DNA from: Myxococcota bacterium
GTDB lineage: Bacteria > Myxococcota_A > Polyangia > Nannocystales > Nannocystaceae
Direction of reading: 5' to 3'
Assembly (NCBI GenBank): GCA_039028615.1
Contig: JBCCHT010000016.1
Coordinates: forward strand, 64,001-128,000
Length of the DNA: 64,000 bases
How positions within the stretch are numbered: the first letter of the stretch is position 1; each line of letters opens with the position of its first letter. The notes beneath the pieces were generated by a model, which did not search any database, was not told where the DNA came from, and worked only from the letters and a program-made list of their open reading frames with translations. The translations under genes were made by a program, and so were the position numbers. This document shows positions 57,831 to 64,000 of this stretch, one piece after another.

Positions 57831-58173
57831 CGTCTTCGTCATCGCCGGTCCCCATGCCGCCGAGGTCCGGCAGTGGCGGGAGGCTGTCGTCGTCGGCCGC
57901 ATCGTCGCCGTTGCCGGTCGTGTCGCCTTGGGGCGCGCCGCTGGTCGTCGAAGACGGGCGGCCGCCGCTCGAGTCGGCCATGCCGTCGGCGCCGCCGGTT
58001 CCCGCACCCGTACCCGTCGCTGCGTCGCCTCCCGAGCTCGTGCCGCCGGTTTGTTCCCACGGCGGCGTCGAGTCGTCGCCCCCCGTGGCCGTGGCTTCGT
58101 CCGGGCCGTTACCGCAGCCCGAGATGAGCGAGGCGATGGCGGCGAGATCGACGATTCGTTCCTTGATTGGCAT
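57799..58173 (-). CDS. Small low-complexity lipoprotein with poly-acidic tail
   Basis: LISGC lipobox; Gly/Thr/Asp-rich; ends DDEDDDDDDAATGE. Confidence 0.6.
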   Translation of the reverse strand: MPIKERIVDLAAIASLISGCGNGPDEATATGGDDSTPPWEQTGGTSSGGDAATGTGAGTGGADGMADSSGGRPSSTTSGAPQGDTTGNGDDAADDDSLPPLPDLGGMGTGDDEDDDDDDAATGE

Positions 58174-58182
58174 ATTGAACTC

Positions 58183-59310
58183 TCACGGGCAGGGGGTGAG
58201 CACCATGACGTCCTCGAACGAGGGGCTCGCGTGGTGCTTCACCTGGCAACGGGCGGCGGTGGAGAACACCACCCCCGAGACGGGGCCGCGGGGGGCGCCC
58301 TGGTTGGAATTGTCTTCGGTGACCTCGAAGCGGACGACGTATTCGCCGGCTGGCATCACGTTGACGCCCGAGTCTCGTAGGTCCCACTCGACCAGGCGCG
58401 AGTGGTGCGACGACGCGGTCGCGGCGGTGATGGCATCGACCCGGTCGCCGAGCGAGCGCGAGAACCACGCCACGAGGTGCTCGCGGCGAACGTTGCCCCA
58501 CACTGAAAGCGAGCGCACGAACTGGCCCTGGATGTCCTCGATCCAGATCGCGCCCACGTTGTCGGGGGCATAATTGCCGCCGTAGGAGCCCGTGCGTAGC
58601 TGAATCATGACCACGTCGTTGGCCGGGGCGCCGTTCAGGCGCCGGAGCCGAGCGTCGAACACCACGTCCGGGGTGCCGCGCTGGTGAATCTCTGCCGCGA
58701 GCACGTGCGGCCCCTCGGCGGTGGCCGGAGGCGCGGGCAGGGCGATGAAGTAGGTGTAGCCATCGACGCTCTGGACTTCGTCGGGGACGGATGCGCTGGA
58801 GCCGGAGGTTCCGGGGGCGACGTTCCAGCGACCGACTTCGACGCCATCGAGGTAGGCGATCGCCCCGTCGTCACGGCGCAGGCGAAGCTCGAGGATGTCC
58901 TCGGGAGCGAACTCGGCATCGAAGGTATGTCGCAGATAGACGGAGCGACCGTCGCCGGGCCACTCGCTCGTGACGTCGTAGCCCGAGCCCAGCGGAGCCT
59001 CTCGCTCCTCCCACGCCGCATCGTCGAAATCCACCGCGGTCCAGCCCGAAGCCGGCGCCGCCGTCACGCGCCAGCGTGCTCCGCTGGGGACCAGCGTCGA
59101 GCCTGGGACTCCGCCATCGTCGCCTCCGCCCGCGCTGTCGAGTCCGTCCAGGCCACCCCCGGCCGGACCGCCGTCGCCGAAGCCGGTGGTCCCCGAGTCG
59201 GCTGCGGGCGCATCGGGGGCCAGCGGTTCTTCGATCGACAGGCCGCCGCTCTCGCAGCTAGCGATGAGAGCGAGGATCGAGGACACGACGACGGTGCGGA
59301 TCAGTTGCAT
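58183..59310 (-). CDS. Lipoprotein with beta-sandwich domain and C-terminal DUF2271-like domain
   Basis: LIASC lipobox; 'DDGAIAYLDG.EV'; 'YAP.NV.AIWIED..G.FVRSL..WG...DAITAAT...WDLRD..G.Y...E'. Confidence 0.75.
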   Translation of the reverse strand: MQLIRTVVVSSILALIASCESGGLSIEEPLAPDAPAADSGTTGFGDGGPAGGGLDGLDSAGGGDDGGVPGSTLVPSGARWRVTAAPASGWTAVDFDDAAWEEREAPLGSGYDVTSEWPGDGRSVYLRHTFDAEFAPEDILELRLRRDDGAIAYLDGVEVGRWNVAPGTSGSSASVPDEVQSVDGYTYFIALPAPPATAEGPHVLAAEIHQRGTPDVVFDARLRRLNGAPANDVVMIQLRTGSYGGNYAPDNVGAIWIEDIQGQFVRSLSVWGNVRREHLVAWFSRSLGDRVDAITAATASSHHSRLVEWDLRDSGVNVMPAGEYVVRFEVTEDNSNQGAPRGPVSGVVFSTAARCQVKHHASPSFEDVMVLTPCP

Positions 59311-59570
59311 CCGCACCCGCCTCCACCGCCGCCCCAACCACCGACGGACGCTTCGCGATACTCGTCGGCGTGGTCCTGACCGGCCGCGAGATCGGCGGGT
59401 CGCTCGAGCGTCATGTCCGGTTGGGCGAGTCGTCCACGCTGATACGGCGACACCGTGACGCATCCACCGAGGGCCAGTGCAGTCCCGATCAACCCGGCGC
59501 GTAGGGCCCGGGCTCGAACCGTTCGCACTCCAATGCGGACGGGCTCGAGGAAGTGGCGGACGAGGTGCAC
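59301..59570 (-). CDS. DUF4266-like lipoprotein
   Basis: LGGC lipobox, V.PYQRG.LA...M, H...YRE...GG.G..GGGCGCN C-terminus. Confidence 0.88.
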   Translation of the reverse strand: MHLVRHFLEPVRIGVRTVRARALRAGLIGTALALGGCVTVSPYQRGRLAQPDMTLERPADLAAGQDHADEYREASVGGWGGGGGGCGCN

Positions 59571-59592
59571 TGCGTTGGACGATATTGATTTA

Positions 59593-59611
59593 ATTGAAAA
59601 TGTAAATCAAA
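59593..59611. promoter_or_regulatory. Fur-family box 5
   Basis: ATTGAAAATGTAAATCAAA in an AT-rich patch about 22 bp upstream of the DUF4266 gene. Confidence 0.55.
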
Positions 59612-59786
59612 ATTGATTGGATCCTCACCATTAAAACGATGTTCATTGGCTATATTCGAGCAAAGGTGCCCTCTGTGGTCGAATTTTGACTTGAGGATTC
59701 ATCAAGAAAGCGCTGCTTGGGCTCACACGGCACCGCCACGAGTGCTGCGTAGCCGTCGTGCGACGCGTGGTCACGATGATGGGCGG

Positions 59787-61397
59787 TCAGCCCACGGGCG
59801 GCTGACAGATCCCGCCCGCCTCGATCTGCGCCTGCGTACGGAAGGTGTTCAGCTCGCCCCAGTGCGGGATCTCGACCGCGGGGATGGTGCCGTCCTCGCG
59901 GATGTTGGTCACGTGATACGTGTGCTGATTCCAGATTCGCCGCGCGGAGATCCATCGGTCCTGTACGTCGCGGATCACCTGGAGCGCGGGCGCGGTCTGG
60001 TCGTCGAACCAACCCGCGTTGGAGACCACGAGGATCTCGGCGGAGCCGTCGTTGTCGACGTCGGCGACCACCGGGTACTCGCTCAAGGTGCCGCTGCTGC
60101 GAGGGACCTCGAGCAGGACGTTGCCGTCGCCATCGAAGACATAGAGGTTCTGCTCGTCGCCGTACATCGCCTCGGCGATGCCGTCGCCGAGGAAGTCGAA
60201 GGCGGTGCCCGCCGCACTGCCGGTCACGTCGGTGACGGGGGCGGTCCACAACACGTCGCCATCGGACTCGAACACGGAGTAGATGCCGCCCGAGCTGGTG
60301 GCGAGCTCGGCCACGCCGTCGCCGTCGAAGTCGTGCACGGTCGGCGGGCGGATCCAGGAGGTGCCGTCGGACATGATGCCGCTGGGGCGAAGCCCGGCCG
60401 TCTTCACCGTGCCGTCGTGCTCGAGGATGCTGATGCCGTCGAAGCTCTGCACCACCACCTCCGGCTCGGGGTCTTCGTCGAGGTTGGCGACCAGCGGATA
60501 CCCGGTGGGGACCTCTTCAGTGCGGTAGTACTCGGTTCCGTCGGCGTGGAAGGCACTGCGCCCGAGTACGATCTCGAGCTCGCCGTCGCCGTCGAGGTCG
60601 GCCGCGGTCGTGGCGTTGCCCCACCCGGTGATGGTGGTCTCCTCGAGCATCAGGCTGAGCTGGCCTTCGGCGTCGAAGACGAGGTTGTCGGCCAAGATCT
60701 CCACCGAGCCGTCGCCCTCGAGGTCGGCCAGCGCCAGCGACGAGAACCCGAAGTCGAGCCAGGGCTGGTCGCTCTGCCAGGCCATGGTGCCGTCGTGCTC
60801 GAAGGCGAGGAGGAAGTTGATGCCGTGCGCGACGGCGACGATCTCGGGCAGCCCGTCACCATCGATGTCGCCCAGGGCGGGGGTGAACGAGGCGTCGATG
60901 ATGGCGTCGGTGCTCCAGTGTACGGCCCCGGTGGCGCCGTCGAGCACGTACATGGAGCCCGCGAAGTTGGCGTAGTTGGCGAAGGCGATCACCACGATGT
61001 CGGGTGTGTCGCACAGGTCGATGGTGCCGTTGCCATCGTCGTCGGTGAGGTTGGCGACCAGCGGGATGGCGATGGCCTGAGTGTTGGCCCCGTCGCCGTT
61101 CCAGCTCCACTGCACCTCGGGCTCGAAGCTGTCGGGCGGGGCGCTGTCGGTGCAGGGCCCGATGCCGCTCATGTCGTCGACGACGTCGCAGGTCGGGGCC
61201 GCGCCCACGTCGATGGTGCTGACGTCGAGAAACTCGTCGCTCGTGGCGGTCTCGTCGGCGCCATCGGTGGTCGATGCGGCGACGGTCGTCGTGCCGGGAC
61301 CACCGGTCGGCTCGGTGTCGAAGGGGTTGCTTCCATCGTCTCCGCAGCTGACGACCATTACGGCCGCCGCGAGCAAGGTCCCACGAGCGCTTCGCAT
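59787..61397 (-). CDS. FG-GAP/VCBS repeat beta-propeller lipoprotein
   Basis: VVSC lipobox; multiple D.DGDG..EI repeats; 'RRIWNQH.YHVTNI'. Confidence 0.88.
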   Translation of the reverse strand: MRSARGTLLAAAVMVVSCGDDGSNPFDTEPTGGPGTTTVAASTTDGADETATSDEFLDVSTIDVGAAPTCDVVDDMSGIGPCTDSAPPDSFEPEVQWSWNGDGANTQAIAIPLVANLTDDDGNGTIDLCDTPDIVVIAFANYANFAGSMYVLDGATGAVHWSTDAIIDASFTPALGDIDGDGLPEIVAVAHGINFLLAFEHDGTMAWQSDQPWLDFGFSSLALADLEGDGSVEILADNLVFDAEGQLSLMLEETTITGWGNATTAADLDGDGELEIVLGRSAFHADGTEYYRTEEVPTGYPLVANLDEDPEPEVVVQSFDGISILEHDGTVKTAGLRPSGIMSDGTSWIRPPTVHDFDGDGVAELATSSGGIYSVFESDGDVLWTAPVTDVTGSAAGTAFDFLGDGIAEAMYGDEQNLYVFDGDGNVLLEVPRSSGTLSEYPVVADVDNDGSAEILVVSNAGWFDDQTAPALQVIRDVQDRWISARRIWNQHTYHVTNIREDGTIPAVEIPHWGELNTFRTQAQIEAGGICQPPVG

Positions 61398-61488
61398 CGG
61401 GGGGACCGTGGCAGATTCGTGGCTCGCCCGCAAAGGGGGTGCTCGGCGCTTGCACCGAGCGCGTCGCGTTGCGAGCCTGGCTGCGGCC

Positions 61489-62631
61489 ATGGCCTCCGTC
61501 CGTGAAGACTCGGGACCGCACGCGTCCGTCATGGCTTTGCCCCAGCCCAGCCGACGGGCCCGTTTTTGGTGGTGGGTGGTGTTGGTGCTGCTCGCGTCGG
61601 GGTACGCCGCACTGCGGCTGACCATGAACGAGGAGTATCGGGTGGCGCCCTGGGCCGCGATCGTGGAGCTGCGGGCCCCGCTGCCCTTTGGCCACCGCGT
61701 GCTGGTGCCGCTGCTCGCTCGACCTCTCGTCGATGCGGGGGTCTCGTTGCGCCTGGTGCTCGGCGGGTTCGAGGCCTTCGCGACCGCGGGGTTGATGGCG
61801 GCGACGGCTTGGACGCTGCGTCCCCATGTCGGCCAGCGCCTGGCGATGGCGGCCGGGCTCGGGATTCTGTGCATCCTGCCCTGGCCCTATCTCCTGCCGC
61901 ACGAGTGGCCGATCTTTTATCCGTGGGACACCCCGGCCATGGCCCTTCTCATGGCGGGGCTGGGGGCGATCGACCGGCGGCGATGGGGGCTTTCGCTGGG
62001 CATCGCCGCAGCGGCCGCGCTCAACCGGGAGAGTGCCATCCTGCTCCCGGTCGTCGCGGTGCTGTGGGTGCCACCGCGCGCCGAGGACTGGCGCCCGGCC
62101 CTGGCTCGAGTGGCCGGGCTCGTTGCGGTGGTCTTGTTCGTTCGTATGGGTGTCGCGCTGACCCTGCCCGACAACCCGGGGCCACCCGTTCACTTCACCA
62201 TCGGTAAGGGTGAATATCGGGTGTTCAACAACCTGCGATGGTTGTCCGATCCGCTTCACGTGTTGGCGGCCATTCCCAGCCTCGCCGCGTGGCCCCTTTG
62301 TTGGCCGCTGATGAGATCGGCGGTCGCTCCACGCATGCGTCGTCTGTGGCTCGTCGCGTGGATGCAAACCGCCGGCCTCCTGCTCGTTGCGAATATCTAC
62401 GAGCCGCGGGCATTCGGCGAAGTCTTGGTCCTGGCCTATGTGCCATCACTGGTGGGCGGGGCGCGCTGGTTGGGTCTGGGACCCGAACACGAAGCCCACG
62501 CCTCACCGCGATGGCTGAGGGTCGTCGACCGCCACGGGGCGTGGCTCGTTGCGTTGGCATTCATTGCGTTCGTGCTTGCGCTCCAACAGTGGAGCTTCTT
62601 GCCCGTGGCTCAGTGGCCCATGCCTCGTTGA
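61489..62631 (+). CDS. Multi-pass membrane protein of unknown function (possibly GT-C-like)
   Basis: About 9-10 hydrophobic segments; 'PF..RVLVP', 'NRES'. Start uncertain. Confidence 0.65.
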   Translation: MASVREDSGPHASVMALPQPSRRARFWWWVVLVLLASGYAALRLTMNEEYRVAPWAAIVELRAPLPFGHRVLVPLLARPLVDAGVSLRLVLGGFEAFATAGLMAATAWTLRPHVGQRLAMAAGLGILCILPWPYLLPHEWPIFYPWDTPAMALLMAGLGAIDRRRWGLSLGIAAAAALNRESAILLPVVAVLWVPPRAEDWRPALARVAGLVAVVLFVRMGVALTLPDNPGPPVHFTIGKGEYRVFNNLRWLSDPLHVLAAIPSLAAWPLCWPLMRSAVAPRMRRLWLVAWMQTAGLLLVANIYEPRAFGEVLVLAYVPSLVGGARWLGLGPEHEAHASPRWLRVVDRHGAWLVALAFIAFVLALQQWSFLPVAQWPMPR

Positions 62632-62680
62632 CGAGGCGGGGCGCTCGGGCGCAGCCGAGCCGATGGACAGAGGAAAAGGT

Positions 62681-62811
62681 GATCGCGACGAGAGATGTGA
62701 AGACGTTTACGCGTTCTACCGATTGAACTACCGCCCCGAAGTGGTGGAGCGACCCGGACTCGAACCGAGAACCTCGTCATTGGAAATGTAGTCTTCACTG
62801 CATTCGCGATC
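62681..62811 (-). ncRNA. YrlA-like Y RNA with circularly permuted tRNA-like domain
   Basis: Terminal stem GAUCGCGA/UCGCGAUC. Inside: T-arm CUCGG-UUCGAGU-CCGGG, acceptor stem closed by ACCACUUC, D-arm GUUC-AAUCGGUA-GAAC. Downstream of TROVE. Confidence 0.85.
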
Positions 62812-62830
62812 GAAGATCGATGAAAAAGGT

Positions 62831-62895
62831 GGCTGCGACGAGGTGTTCGAAGAGACGGTCGGTAATGGATGTAGTCTCTTCGGGCATTCGCGGCC
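62831..62895 (-). ncRNA. Short (65-nt) Y-RNA-like unit
   Basis: Same scaffold (CGAAUG...AGACUACAU-loop-CGUCU...GUCG, then ACCUUUUU) with an 11-nt loop. Confidence 0.7.
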
Positions 62896-62914
62896 GAAGT
62901 CGTTGAAAAAAGGT

Positions 62915-62979
62915 GGCTACGACCAGGTGTTCGAGGAGACGCATTTTTCCGGATGTAGTCTCCCCGGGCATTCGTAGCC
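62915..62979 (-). ncRNA. Short (65-nt) Y-RNA-like unit
   Basis: GGCUACGA/UCGUAGCC terminal stem, same scaffold, different 11-nt loop; starts 8 nt after the TROVE stop. Confidence 0.7.
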
Positions 62980-62987
62980 GAAGGGGT

Positions 62988-64000
62988 TCACAGGGCGATG
63001 GAGTCGATCTCGCCCACCCAGTGCTTGCTGTCGATCCCGTTGTCGATGAACGAGCCTACGAGGTCGAACACGGCGTCGGAGAAGCCGCCCACGTTGAGGA
63101 TGTCGTCCCGCTCGGGGGCCTGGGTGTTGGGGTAGGGCTGGATGTCGATGCAGACCAACTTGGCCTTGGGGTTGCGACGCTTGTACTTCGTCCACTCGGT
63201 CATGACCTGCGTGCCGGGGTTCCAGCTGCGGGTCTCGTCGATCCACGACTGGTTGTCCGAGACGAAGACCACCAGGTCACCCGTGGCCTTTTGCGCGTTG
63301 AGCCGAGCCAAGGGGGCCGCGCACTTGGTGCCGCCGCTGGGCAGCGAGGCCAAGCGATTGGCGTTGGTCATGATGCTGTCGCGGGGGTTGAGGGGGCAGG
63401 GCTGGACGCGATCGTGGAAGGGCAGGACGTTGGTCTTAGGGTTGGTACGCAGGAACGCGGCGGCGATGAGGGCCGCGATGTCGATGCAGCGGACCACCGA
63501 GGTGGCGCCGGGGCGGTGACCGGTGGCGGCCGAGTGCATGGAGCCTGAGATGTCGGGCAGCACGTGCACGGTGCCCTGGGTGCGAGGCACGTTGGCCACC
63601 GCGATCTCCATGGCATCCTGCAGGGCTTCGCGAACGGGCAGCGGGACTCGCTCGTCGAGCTGGGTGTAGGCCACCATGAGCTGGTAGGGGAACACTCGGG
63701 CGCGACGCACCTCCTTGGGGGATGCGAGCCGTCGCGCGATCATGCGTACGGTGTCGGGGTTCTCGAAGACGCCGTGGCGGGCGAAGGTGTTGAGGTTCAT
63801 GCGGGTCATCTGCCAGCCGGCATCGCGGGCGATCTGCGTCCACGCCGAGGTGTCGAGCGACAGCGCGGTGAGGAGCTGGAAGGGGACCTTGGGGATGTGC
63901 GTGGTGTGCCCGTTCTTGTACGCGAGGTAGTCCTTCACGATGGTGGGCAGGGCGTCGGGGTCGTGGGGGCGGCCCACGAGGTAGCCATACAGGGCCCGGC
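62988..64000 (-). CDS. Ro60/Rsr-like TROVE domain RNA-binding protein (5'-truncated by the window edge)
   Basis: 'WQMTRMNLNTFARHGVF', 'ARVFPYQL', vWA MIDAS DISGSM, SDNQSW, 'NVGGFSD.VF'. The frame stays open to the window end. Confidence 0.93.
   Translation of the reverse strand, partial: RALYGYLVGRPHDPDALPTIVKDYLAYKNGHTTHIPKVPFQLLTALSLDTSAWTQIARDAGWQMTRMNLNTFARHGVFENPDTVRMIARRLASPKEVRRARVFPYQLMVAYTQLDERVPLPVREALQDAMEIAVANVPRTQGTVHVLPDISGSMHSAATGHRPGATSVVRCIDIAALIAAAFLRTNPKTNVLPFHDRVQPCPLNPRDSIMTNANRLASLPSGGTKCAAPLARLNAQKATGDLVVFVSDNQSWIDETRSWNPGTQVMTEWTKYKRRNPKAKLVCIDIQPYPNTQAPERDDILNVGGFSDAVFDLVGSFIDNGIDSKHWVGEIDSIAL

Noticed and set aside
62643..62660. GCTCGG-N6-CCGAGC hairpin as a terminator
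   Set aside because: Short stem with no U-tract on either strand; too weak to call.
62709..62777. Canonical tRNA gene or phage att-site tRNA fragment
   Set aside because: The halves are in permuted order, there is no anticodon loop, and no integrase is nearby.
62674..62990. CRISPR array interpretation of the 84-nt periodic repeats
   Set aside because: Only three divergent units with covarying stems, 11-nt inserts and no cas genes. The TROVE context and the tRNA-like insert fit Y RNAs.

Overview
A high-GC bacterial window, almost certainly from a myxobacterium (Nannocystaceae-like). The evidence is two kinase-TPR proteins, MYXO-CTERM sorting tails, MXAN_5187- and MXAN_6640-like proteins and many low-complexity lipoproteins. 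About 50 CDS can be supported, and no rRNA, true tRNA, transposase or CRISPR-Cas was seen. Five regions stand out. (1) At the right edge, a Ro60/TROVE gene is followed 8 nt after its stop by three tandem Y-RNA-like units whose 5' ends are 84 nt apart. Two are 65-nt units with different 11-nt loops, and the third carries a circularly permuted tRNA-like domain (YrlA-like) with a G3.U70 pair and an encoded ACCA. (2) An island at about 46.6-59.6 kb is marked by five Fur-box-like palindromes. It holds NiSOD (sodN/sodX), a split DUF3570/DUF4266/DUF2271/TlpA module, and a 2-aminoethylphosphonate pathway (pepM plus a Ppd-AEP transaminase fusion) facing a tubulin-tyrosine-ligase-like ATP-grasp enzyme. 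(3) An orphan His-Xaa-Ser pair (HxsD-like plus an HCS-(HGS)10-W peptide) has no radical SAM maturases in the window. (4) A ThDP enzyme and KAS-III-like pair resembles the furanolide core enzymes. (5) A VOC-WYL operon has a duplicated palindromic candidate operator. All family calls come from motif recognition by eye; no database searches were run, and several start codons are my estimates.
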